Sequence record: AP019418.1
Direction: 5' to 3' (one strand)
DNA: 64,000 bases
Shown here: positions 20,472-36,357 of the stretch, piece by piece
Layout: the number at the start of each line of letters is the position of its first letter
How positions within the stretch are numbered: position 1 is the stretch's first letter
The notes under the pieces: generated by a model
What the model was told of the DNA's origin: nothing
Seen by the model: the letters and a program-made list of their open reading frames with translations, nothing else
Databases searched by the model: none
Program-made: the position numbers and the translations under genes

Positions 20472-21024
20472 GCAGGCCACCTGCATATCGATGTGCTTTC
20501 TCAGCGTCGAGATCTTCCCTGGATTTATAGATAACGTCTGGGCTCTCAATTAGGGCCTCCTTATGCGCGCGATTAGTTCGTTTAACAAGATCAATATAAT
20601 CAAGCATTTCTTCTAGTTCATCTAACTCTTGACCATATTTTTCAGCTAGCTGTTTAATTGCACGTGCAAGGATATTAATTTGCTCAGCCACTGGATAGCG
20701 TTCAGTAATTTTGTAGGCCACTTTACTATTTAAGTGATCTTCAGTAATCACTTGTGGCGCTTCTTCTTTAGGAACAATCTTCCAATCAGAAAGGGTAGGT
20801 TGTTTACCAGGTGTATTACTTACGACTACATCATAAGTACCCATTTCTGCTTCAACAAAAATGGTGTGCTCACGTGACTTAGCATCAAATGCATCTAAAG
20901 GTAGATAGCCCACGCTTTGTAGGAATACCTCAGAAGTACGGTTAAACATTAATAGTACTTTTACTTTATCTTCAGTAGGTGCAGTAGCTAAAGATAGTTC
21001 TTGGAGTGATAACGGATTATTCAT
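20422..21024 (-). CDS. Hypothetical protein, possible tail-fibre assembly chaperone
   Basis: Start 21024 by TAATG coupling to the last fibre gene. Helical C-terminus ITERYPVAEQINIL. Confidence 0.6.
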   Translation of the reverse strand: MNNPLSLQELSLATAPTEDKVKVLLMFNRTSEVFLQSVGYLPLDAFDAKSREHTIFVEAEMGTYDVVVSNTPGKQPTLSDWKIVPKEEAPQVITEDHLNSKVAYKITERYPVAEQINILARAIKQLAEKYGQELDELEEMLDYIDLVKRTNRAHKEALIESPDVIYKSREDLDAEKAHRYAGGLHELIGPRKIDQGRVFS

Positions 21025-22415
21025 TATACAAGTGCTCCAGCTCGAATCATCCAACGCCATGTACCATTATTTCTAACTGCTACATATTGCTGGTAATAAT
21101 AGGCTTCAAAGGGGGTATTAGTTCTAACACCTACAACAGCGTAAGTGCCTTCAGGATATTTGGTATTATCTGTAAACATCGTATTTAACGTGTTTAATGC
21201 TTCTGCTTCACTATTTACCTGACCTAAGGTAATGGCTTTAATCTTATCTTTGTTCCACTCTTTAAAAGCTTCAACCCAGTCTTGCCAAGTACCATCGCTC
21301 GCTAGATAATATCTCTCAGGGTCATTTAATATTGATGCATTACCTTTACCTAATGCATTCCATTTAAATACGCCACTAGTTACTTCTTCAGCTGGAATAT
21401 CTTTTCGAACATCATTCCAGAAATTCTGATATACCTTACCTGTTCCAGTAACTGGATAACCCTGACTATTAGTAGTAGCACCAATAGTGGTCGCATTAGC
21501 AGCTTGTTCATTAATACCTAATAATGGAGTTATTTTAGAATCCATCACTGGTTTGGTATATGATCCAACTTGGTCAGCTGTGACAGCATGTGGGTTATTA
21601 AAGTTTTTAATATGTGCTGCAAGTTTAGCCAACGTATCAATATTAAGAATACGATAAATACCACCAATTGGCATGTATTTATTATTTACGTTTCTATTAA
21701 CTGACTCAGCTTCAGTAGCAAAACCCCAGTTGGATATCTTATCAAGCGGTGGAATTAACTTGAATCGATCATCAGCATGCGGATTATTATAATCAGTTAA
21801 GTGTGCTGTAACTCGATCTCTATAATCGTCCACAGCGGTTTTTGCATCAGTGAGATAAACTTTATAATAATCATCGGCAGCATTATCCATGGCACTTCTA
21901 CCGACCCGATAAGCGTGTGCTATTCGGTTTAATTCAGTTACCATTGTATCTGTGCCATAAATCTGCCAATATTCATGGCCGTGAGGTGCAGGCGGATATG
22001 CATCGGGTTTACCAATAATATCATCCCAAGTGAAACTTAATTCATCTAATTCAAGTTTATCAAAAACAGCTTTAAGTTCTAATGCTGAAATACTAAAGAA
22101 ACCACCAACTGCTCTATATGTAACTTGGACATTAGGACTAACATTAGGATCAGTTACTACAACAATACCCATTACTTCTAAGCCAGTCATTTCAGATAAC
22201 TGTGAATAAAGATAGGTTGTTTTATATTGATCTTTGTTTAAAGATAAACCAGTCTTCTTATCACGTAGATTAAAGTCCTTAGTATAAAAACCACCATGTG
22301 TACACATAAGTACGCGATGTGTTTTATTATTGACTTGAATAAGTGTGTGATCCTCATCTACAATGTAATTAGATGCTAATTTAGCTTTTAGATCTAATGG
22401 TAAAAAAGTAATCAT
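21024..22415 (-). CDS. gp135: Tail fibre-like protein (gp135-like)
   Basis: 463 aa. Paralog of the neighbouring genes with H..NPH repeats and a shared C-terminal motif. Confidence 0.75.
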   Translation of the reverse strand: MITFLPLDLKAKLASNYIVDEDHTLIQVNNKTHRVLMCTHGGFYTKDFNLRDKKTGLSLNKDQYKTTYLYSQLSEMTGLEVMGIVVVTDPNVSPNVQVTYRAVGGFFSISALELKAVFDKLELDELSFTWDDIIGKPDAYPPAPHGHEYWQIYGTDTMVTELNRIAHAYRVGRSAMDNAADDYYKVYLTDAKTAVDDYRDRVTAHLTDYNNPHADDRFKLIPPLDKISNWGFATEAESVNRNVNNKYMPIGGIYRILNIDTLAKLAAHIKNFNNPHAVTADQVGSYTKPVMDSKITPLLGINEQAANATTIGATTNSQGYPVTGTGKVYQNFWNDVRKDIPAEEVTSGVFKWNALGKGNASILNDPERYYLASDGTWQDWVEAFKEWNKDKIKAITLGQVNSEAEALNTLNTMFTDNTKYPEGTYAVVGVRTNTPFEAYYYQQYVAVRNNGTWRWMIRAGALV

Positions 22416-23788
22416 TATGCCGGTTCCCCTATATTAGTCCACGTTGATCCAACTTTACGTAGGAATAGAGTATTCCTATAGGAAGTAGCTGTTGTACCAT
22501 TGCCATGTCCAATAACGAATTCTTGATCGTAATGGCAAATAGCTAACGAACCAGGCCACCATTGTTCAGGATCTGAGAAGTATGTGTTATGGAAAGCAAT
22601 TGCTTCTTGAATAGACTTAAAGTTGGTGTTATTCCAGTGGACCATCGTTCCTGTTTTTTGGAAGCGATTAAATATAAAACCGAAATGAGTCCATTGACCA
22701 TTAGGCATCAATGTCCAATCACGGCCTGGCCAGGTAGCTGAATTACCAATCCTACCAGGTGCTAGTCGACCAGTCGTCAATACACTTAAAGGCATTTTAG
22801 CACGTACTGTTTCACCCATGCTATAAACATCTTGACCAAATAAAAGTTTAGACGTATTGGCTGTTTTACCTTTATCTAATTTTTGATTTAGTAAAATATT
22901 AGCTTGAGTAACAGTATACGTATTTAATTGTTCAGCCGTTACCCTGTGTGGGTTAGTGGTGACATCATTAACGTGTGCCAGATATTGAACTGTATAATTG
23001 GTATCAACTGATAACTTCATTGACCATGGCGTAGCATAGACATTCATGATAGCGCCATTTGGCTGTTTGGCTTGTGTTTCAGTTGCAATGCCAGCATTAT
23101 AAACATTACCTAATGCCACTTGCCCTTTACGTGTCTGGTGTGGGTTAGTGGTGGTATCATTGATGTGTGTAGTAAGTCGTGCTTCAATTGTATTAAGATC
23201 AGCTTCTATTAGACTTAACTGATATTTAAACTCATCTAAAATGGAGTCATATGAGTCTGATGAGCTTTTCTTTAATAAGTCAGTTATTTCTTTTAACTTA
23301 ACAACTCTAGGCGTAAAACCATAAAGTTCCCAATAGGCATGCATATGTCCATTAGGTTTAAATTGGTCAGGAATATCTAAAATATTAGACCAATGTGGTT
23401 TACGGGTATTATTTAAAAGAGCGTTAGCATGCTCAGATATGGAAGGGGCAAGGTTACAGTATATACCACCGCACATCTGAGCATCAATGTAAATATCCTC
23501 GTGGACATCTTGTTTTGTAATAACAATTACTGAACACGCTTCAAGTCCAGTCTTCTCGATTACTTCTGGATTAATACCAGTACACTGATAATCCATTTCT
23601 GGATTTAACTCATTCTGCCTACCATCTCTGATAACCATTCCTTTAGTGTAAAAGTAACCCTTATCCATCACGATGATGCGATAGGGGAATCCTTTCTGTT
23701 TTGCTAGTGAATGGTATTCACCCTTTGTTCGGTTACTATAACTCTCTCCAGTTTCATCAAATGGAAGAGGTAAAAGTAATGGATTCAT
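22415..23788 (-). CDS. gp134: Tail fibre-like protein (gp134-like)
   Basis: 457 aa. LP.PFD.TG N-terminus and HI.D.TTNPH repeats. Confidence 0.75.
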   Translation of the reverse strand: MNPLLLPLPFDETGESYSNRTKGEYHSLAKQKGFPYRIIVMDKGYFYTKGMVIRDGRQNELNPEMDYQCTGINPEVIEKTGLEACSVIVITKQDVHEDIYIDAQMCGGIYCNLAPSISEHANALLNNTRKPHWSNILDIPDQFKPNGHMHAYWELYGFTPRVVKLKEITDLLKKSSSDSYDSILDEFKYQLSLIEADLNTIEARLTTHINDTTTNPHQTRKGQVALGNVYNAGIATETQAKQPNGAIMNVYATPWSMKLSVDTNYTVQYLAHVNDVTTNPHRVTAEQLNTYTVTQANILLNQKLDKGKTANTSKLLFGQDVYSMGETVRAKMPLSVLTTGRLAPGRIGNSATWPGRDWTLMPNGQWTHFGFIFNRFQKTGTMVHWNNTNFKSIQEAIAFHNTYFSDPEQWWPGSLAICHYDQEFVIGHGNGTTATSYRNTLFLRKVGSTWTNIGEPA

Positions 23789-23799
23789 CTAAACTATCC

Positions 23800-25188
23800 T
23801 TATGGAATTACCCAGCCACCTTGTGAACGGAAACACACGTAGTTAGGAGTATAATCAACGAAAATCAATCCGTTACCAGCTGCCTGGATTTTCTGTTCTT
23901 TAATAGTGAAGAATACAGTAGATCCAATAGGCCATGCATCTGGATTAGTGAAGTTAGTTCTACAGAAATCTAATGCTGCTTGCACGGATGGTTGTAATCC
24001 TAGTGCATAAAACTTTAACTTAACCGGATATGAATACTCTGTGGCTAATTGATCAAAGTGTGTAAAAATACCATTCCCACGGAGTGGTGCTTTCCATTGT
24101 CCCATTGCCCCGGAACCAATCCGATTTATATTGATGACATTACTCTGGCCATCGCCAGCTGTAAAGTTCACGTCTGTGTCAAAGTTCTTACGCATCCACC
24201 AAATAAGATCGCTATAACCCATTAAAGTAGCAGTTGGTTGCCCTTTAGGTTTATAATAAACCATATTAGTATTAGCTACTGTATCAGTCTTTAAATATTT
24301 ACCAGTAATTCGTGAATCAAAATCACTTTTCAAATACGACTGTACATGCGTATTTTTGACTTTATGTGGATTATCACGGCGAGCTATGTGGGCATTAAGT
24401 GGTTTTATAGCTATTTCATCTAATACGCCATATGCTAACTGCGGTGTTAGATAATGTGCATTAGATTGACCTAGTTGAGCAATGGCTGGAGTAGCCAATG
24501 GAAAGTTATTAACTAAACCTAGTTCAACATTAGTTGGGGTAATCTTGTGTGGATTAGCTTTATCTTGAATATGTTTTTCTAGGCGATCATTAAATTTCTT
24601 TAAGAACTCATCATAAATCTCTTTAACTTTACTACGGTATTCATCTTCACCGCTTGTATCACCAGCCATGAGTGCCTGTGTTATCCACTCCATCTCGTTA
24701 TTATAAGGCTGATACGTATCAAGATGCCATCGTTCGCCAACTAACTCACCGTCTTTCCAATATGGTTCGTTACCAGTGTAGTCGAGATCTTTTGGCTTTG
24801 GCTTACCATTTGTTTTCCACCAGTTAATATAATCGTCGATAACTGTGAAACTAAACGCTAGATCACCGCCTACCATGTGAGCTGAAGTATACACTATTGG
24901 TGTACTAGGTGTTTTTAAGAAAACAATTGCTGAACATATTTCTTGACCGACATACGCACTAGCATCTTTGTGATAATAAGTAACAATATAATCAATATCT
25001 TTAACTAAACGATTATATTTACCATCATAAACTTCTAACCCTTTTGTATAGAATCCACCATGATATAACTTGATGATTCTATAGTCGAATCCCTGATACT
25101 GAACTAGAGTATGAGGCTCGCTACCAATGAAACAATCTGGATTTGTACCTAATGGATCAAATGGTAATTGTAAAATAGGATTATACAT
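23800..25188 (-). CDS. gp133: Tail fibre-like protein (gp133-like)
   Basis: 462 aa. LPFDPLG N-terminus and HIQDKANPH repeats. Confidence 0.75.
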   Translation of the reverse strand: MYNPILQLPFDPLGTNPDCFIGSEPHTLVQYQGFDYRIIKLYHGGFYTKGLEVYDGKYNRLVKDIDYIVTYYHKDASAYVGQEICSAIVFLKTPSTPIVYTSAHMVGGDLAFSFTVIDDYINWWKTNGKPKPKDLDYTGNEPYWKDGELVGERWHLDTYQPYNNEMEWITQALMAGDTSGEDEYRSKVKEIYDEFLKKFNDRLEKHIQDKANPHKITPTNVELGLVNNFPLATPAIAQLGQSNAHYLTPQLAYGVLDEIAIKPLNAHIARRDNPHKVKNTHVQSYLKSDFDSRITGKYLKTDTVANTNMVYYKPKGQPTATLMGYSDLIWWMRKNFDTDVNFTAGDGQSNVININRIGSGAMGQWKAPLRGNGIFTHFDQLATEYSYPVKLKFYALGLQPSVQAALDFCRTNFTNPDAWPIGSTVFFTIKEQKIQAAGNGLIFVDYTPNYVCFRSQGGWVIP

Positions 25189-25217
25189 AAGAAATACCTT
25201 TTAACTGAAACAGCAAA

Positions 25218-25246
25218 AAGAGACACAGCTTTTGGCTGTGTCTCTT
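25218..25246. terminator. Intrinsic terminator
   Basis: AAGAGACACAGC-TTTTG-GCTGTGTCTCTT hairpin. Confidence 0.8.
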
Positions 25247-25262
25247 ATGCCGGGTCAGATGT

Positions 25263-25595
25263 TTATAGACGGTCTGCTGCGTCATTAAATAATTTCGCAA
25301 GTGGACCGTATATGTGCACTCGATTATAATCATCTGTCCGTTTAGGAGTCATGTACGTAGTGTTATTGAAACCTTCTTGTGCACGCTTCTTAGTAGCTGG
25401 ACGATAGTTAGCCACATTACCAAGACCAATATCCGATGGTTGCAGATTATGTGGGTTACCTCTAGCTGCAATATGCCCATTGATCCTATTAATAACGGCT
25501 ATGAATTTATTAAGGACTGCCTTAGTAAATAAGCCTTGATTACTAATAGAAGCATTTATTTGAGCATCCATCTCTTGACGTGTAACTTCTGCCAT
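25263..25595 (-). CDS. Short fibre-repeat protein (gp132-like)
   Basis: 110 aa with a single HIAARGNPH..QPSDIGLGNVANY repeat. Confidence 0.75.
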   Translation of the reverse strand: MAEVTRQEMDAQINASISNQGLFTKAVLNKFIAVINRINGHIAARGNPHNLQPSDIGLGNVANYRPATKKRAQEGFNNTTYMTPKRTDDYNRVHIYGPLAKLFNDAADRL

Positions 25596-25607
25596 TTTTA
25601 AATCCTC

Positions 25608-27923
25608 TTATGGACCAGTGGGTGGAGTTGGTTCAATATGTTTCACACGTGTACCCCTGCCATTCCATAATAAGGAGTTATCAGGTGAATCTCCCCAGAA
25701 CATGACTTGATTCAAAGTATTTACTGTCACAGTGAAATTATGCCCTGCTGCCAATTGAATATATGGTCCAGCATGGTCATCTACGTCACATTGTCCATTA
25801 TCGTTATTTCCGAAGAAAGCGATTTGGCCATCACCATACATCACTGTGTAATGTGTGTACAATCCTGATACACCACCAATTGGGTTACTATTTACATTAG
25901 CAGTTACATCGTTACCACGTCCATCAAACCATAATGGCGAGATAACCATAAAGGATGTATCATTACCATTGCGGATGATTTCCATGACATGTACTTTACT
26001 AGATTCAGATGTATAATCTTCAGGAGCAACTAATGGATCTATTGAATGCATGATGATGTGGGTGCAACCAATTGACATTGAATCAATAACATGATTCAAT
26101 GGTTTAATTGTGTTGTTAACAAAATCATTAAAAGCACTAATGAAGCTTGGGATACCATAAGCTGTATATACATAGTCAGCACTGCTAGCTGGACCTATGT
26201 TTACAACAACTGTCATTTCACCAGGATAGGTGTCTTCAGTATTGGTAAATATAGCCCATGGTTTATTAGCAGCAGGTACTAATAGTTCAGATGTACCACC
26301 TTTAACACAACGATAAAGATCTTGGTGCTCAAAGATTGCTGATTCACCTGTTGAACTAAAGATGAACTTACCTGTTAACATATACAGAGATGTTTTATTC
26401 GCCCAGATACTTGAAGGAATATTTCCATCTATAGGTGCAGTCCATTCTACTGGAATTGGTATCATCTCATCGACTTTAGTTTCATCGATACATGCTGACT
26501 TGGCTACACCATTCTCTACCCAATACTGACCATATCGGTGAGATACCCAGGATTCCTGAGCATATCCTAAACGCTCTGGTATAACAGCATAAGGGTTAGC
26601 TGGCGATTTAGGATGAACTACACAGTCATCTCTGACAATTGTACAATCCCACCAACTATTAAATCCAGCATAAGCATGGAAACCTGCCGTGACACCTTGA
26701 ATTAATTCCATTCGGTCATATTCACTAGTATCATCCACAATAACTGGTAATGTATCTATCTTTAATTGTACATCATCCCAGTTAGCGTTATAGCCGGCTG
26801 CCATCCTTTCAATATCACCGAATGATGGGAATTCATCTTTCCATTGCTCAGGTGTTAATCCACCAAAGGTAGAAGCATCACCACCACCTAGTCCTGCCAG
26901 TAGTTGATCAACTTGTGTTTTAGTATATGCATTAACCTGGTCGGCAGTTACAACGTGTGGGTTATTTTCATTACTAATATGTTGATTAAGTTTCTCTTCT
27001 AGTTCATTAATTCTAGAAGCATCACCAATCTGACTATAGAGAATAGATGCAGTATAAGGTGTTAATAATACCGAATCATTAGTTACGTCTACCGCAGTAG
27101 TTGGTGTTGCAGCTGGGTAGTTAGGAACATTACCTAAATTAATATCAGCTGCTGTTAGACCGTGTACGTTACCCCTAGCCGCTATGTGGGTATTAAGCGG
27201 ATTTACGGCAAACTTATTAACTAATGCTAATGTACCACGTGGGTTCGTAAATAGATCATTACGATTAGCATCTAAATGCTGTTGATCACTTGCCATTGCA
27301 TAGTTTGGAACTAGTGACAAGCCAACTTGTGCTTTAGTTACCCTGTGTGGGTTATTATAATCATGAATATGTTGGTCAGTTGTACCGGCAGCGGCAGCAC
27401 GGATAGCTTCTATAATCCCTTCGATACCTTCAAGAATCTCTTTACTACCTACTAATGAATCAATAGGTTGATTGTGTTCTAAAGGTGGGAAAGAAGCAGG
27501 TAATGGACCAATTGCACCCCATGACCGAATCAAGGGGTTATACTGTTTGCGTGCAAGCTCAGCCAGGATCTGCTGATTACTAAATCCCCATTGCCCACCT
27601 ATTGTACGATAATCCATACCAATCATAGCGTTTATCGAACGCTTCATGATACGTATAGATCCAGCGATAGGTCTACCTATCGATTCCATAGCTTCAATAA
27701 ACCAATGCCCAATAAGGTAATCAACACCTTCTACATAAGTCTGATTGGTCAGTGGGTTAAATAGTCGTAATGAATCTACAAAGAAAGGTGCAGCAAATGG
27801 TATAATGAAATAATAATCATCACCATCTGGTACCTGGAGAGTTTGGCGCTCACCTTTAATAAAGTTCTGGGGATTTGTTCCATTGGGGTCGAATGGATAT
27901 AACCCAGTTTCACCGTGGGCCAT
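25608..27923 (-). CDS. gp131: Tail fibre/baseplate protein (phiKZ gp131)
   Basis: 771 aa. NPH.VT..QVGL repeats and a C-terminal propeller-like region (AAGHNFTV), consistent with the gp131C structure as I recall it. Confidence 0.85.
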   Translation of the reverse strand: MAHGETGLYPFDPNGTNPQNFIKGERQTLQVPDGDDYYFIIPFAAPFFVDSLRLFNPLTNQTYVEGVDYLIGHWFIEAMESIGRPIAGSIRIMKRSINAMIGMDYRTIGGQWGFSNQQILAELARKQYNPLIRSWGAIGPLPASFPPLEHNQPIDSLVGSKEILEGIEGIIEAIRAAAAGTTDQHIHDYNNPHRVTKAQVGLSLVPNYAMASDQQHLDANRNDLFTNPRGTLALVNKFAVNPLNTHIAARGNVHGLTAADINLGNVPNYPAATPTTAVDVTNDSVLLTPYTASILYSQIGDASRINELEEKLNQHISNENNPHVVTADQVNAYTKTQVDQLLAGLGGGDASTFGGLTPEQWKDEFPSFGDIERMAAGYNANWDDVQLKIDTLPVIVDDTSEYDRMELIQGVTAGFHAYAGFNSWWDCTIVRDDCVVHPKSPANPYAVIPERLGYAQESWVSHRYGQYWVENGVAKSACIDETKVDEMIPIPVEWTAPIDGNIPSSIWANKTSLYMLTGKFIFSSTGESAIFEHQDLYRCVKGGTSELLVPAANKPWAIFTNTEDTYPGEMTVVVNIGPASSADYVYTAYGIPSFISAFNDFVNNTIKPLNHVIDSMSIGCTHIIMHSIDPLVAPEDYTSESSKVHVMEIIRNGNDTSFMVISPLWFDGRGNDVTANVNSNPIGGVSGLYTHYTVMYGDGQIAFFGNNDNGQCDVDDHAGPYIQLAAGHNFTVTVNTLNQVMFWGDSPDNSLLWNGRGTRVKHIEPTPPTGP

Positions 27924-28017
27924 GGTTGCCCTCCTTTAATAAAACGCTATTGCGCAATTTGTTAGCGTAATGATGTGAAATTCACATAGGATTGTCCAAT
28001 CATTCCATGGAGACTAA

Positions 28018-29304
<1,287 letters not shown>

Positions 29305-29307
29305 CGT

Positions 29308-29339
29308 CATAAGCCCTCCCGTAATGGGAGGGCATTATG
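29308..29339. terminator. Bidirectional terminator
   Basis: GCCCTCCC-GTAAT-GGGAGGGC between convergent genes, with CATAA and TTATG flanks. Confidence 0.85.
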
Positions 29340-29350
29340 TTGTTTAGAAA

Positions 29351-32044
<2,694 letters not shown>

Positions 32045-32064
32045 CTAAATTTTAAAGTGAGTAA

Positions 32065-34245
<2,181 letters not shown>

Positions 34246-34252
34246 GGAGCGA

Positions 34253-35128
<876 letters not shown>

Positions 35129-35136
35129 GGTGTGTA

Positions 35137-35580
35137 ATGGCTGATACAAGAGCTGAATTAGTAGCTGCTTGGAATGTGGCTAATAAACCTAAAGATAATA
35201 ATGGTAAGCCTAGGGATTTAACTGTTGATGATGTTGAATTTATAGGGACTGATACATTCTTAGCAACTGGTACAAATGCCAAAACAACAATGAGAGCGAA
35301 GACCAGTTCACTTTATTTTAAAGGTGAGACAGTTATTTACTTTAATAGACGCTCTTTACCAGAGTACTGTCTTGGTATAAAAGTACCGGGTAAACCAACT
35401 GACTATACTGATAATTTAGAAGTAGCTGAAAAATTAAGAGATGTTTACGGTATTCCATTTATTATAGATGAGATACAACCGCAACCTATTACTGGGAATA
35501 CGGTTACGATACATCCATACTTTAATAACTTGTCGTGGATACCAACAATACCAGTAACTCTTGAATTTGAAAGCAGTTAA
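35137..35580 (+). CDS. Virion structural protein (gp126-like)
   Basis: 147 aa; YFNRRSL motif of the same family. Confidence 0.7.
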   Translation: MADTRAELVAAWNVANKPKDNNGKPRDLTVDDVEFIGTDTFLATGTNAKTTMRAKTSSLYFKGETVIYFNRRSLPEYCLGIKVPGKPTDYTDNLEVAEKLRDVYGIPFIIDEIQPQPITGNTVTIHPYFNNLSWIPTIPVTLEFESS

Positions 35581-35600
35581 ATAAAAAAAAATAAAGACAT

Positions 35601-35627
35601 AGCCCCTCTCCATGCGGAGAGGGGTTT
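35601..35627. terminator. Bidirectional terminator
   Basis: CCCCTCTCC-ATGC-GGAGAGGGG between convergent genes. Confidence 0.85.
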
Positions 35628-35644
35628 ATGCCATTACTTAATTA

Positions 35645-36277
35645 TTACCATTCAACCTTAAATTCACCGCATTTAAATGACAGTTTATTAGATCGATGAT
35701 CTCGCCCAAACCAACATCCTTCCTTGGTAACTGCATCTGCGATTTGTGGTTTAACCATATTGTTTTTGTATGATTCACGAAGTGCAGTATATAGGGCTTT
35801 ATGACATGTTTCGAAGAATACCTTATTAATAGGATTCTTATCATTAACTCGTGCTAGTGAATGTTTATCAAGAAGAGTGTGCATTCCAATTGAATACTTC
35901 TGGATAGTTTCTAGATCTTTCTTAAGCGCCCAGATACCATAAGTTACTTTTAGAGAAGTATTAGCTTTGGTTGATGGAATAAATGCTGATGGGTCATCAA
36001 TCATTGGTGCTAATTGCTCAGTGGAATATGGATTATAAGAAAGATATTGTTGGCCATCCCAAATATACATATCCATTGTATCTTGAACGATATATAGAAC
36101 TAGAACTTTACCATTTGCCGGTAGATCACATTTTGTATTTACTTCTACAGTGTCATTAAAATCTGGTTTATAGTTACTATAACTATTCATCAATACCACA
36201 TCATCGAATAGTCCTGCCATATTCACCGTATTTTTGTTTAGTAATTCTTTAAAGAATTTATTCATTTTAGCTAGCAT
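35645..36277 (-). CDS. Hypothetical protein (gp125-like)
   Basis: 210 aa; AGGAG RBS. Confidence 0.75.
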   Translation of the reverse strand: MLAKMNKFFKELLNKNTVNMAGLFDDVVLMNSYSNYKPDFNDTVEVNTKCDLPANGKVLVLYIVQDTMDMYIWDGQQYLSYNPYSTEQLAPMIDDPSAFIPSTKANTSLKVTYGIWALKKDLETIQKYSIGMHTLLDKHSLARVNDKNPINKVFFETCHKALYTALRESYKNNMVKPQIADAVTKEGCWFGRDHRSNKLSFKCGEFKVEW

Positions 36278-36329
36278 TGTATTACTCCTTTTTTACAATA
36301 TTTGATTAAACTATACATTACTCATAAAT

Positions 36330-36352
36330 AAGCCCCTCCGAAGAGGGGCTTT
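36330..36352. terminator. Intrinsic terminator
   Basis: AAGCCCCTC-CGAA-GAGGGGCTT hairpin. Confidence 0.8.
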
Positions 36353-36357
36353 CATGC

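Noticed and set aside
20422-20549. GC-rich overlap suggesting a frameshift fusion of the chaperone-like and oxygenase genes
   Set aside because: An ATG at 20471 explains it as a simple 50-nt overlap, and I found no slippery heptamer.
21024-27923. Diversity-generating retroelement or invertible fibre cassette
   Set aside because: No reverse transcriptase or invertase in the window, and I saw no near-identical DNA repeat pair; similarity is only at protein level.
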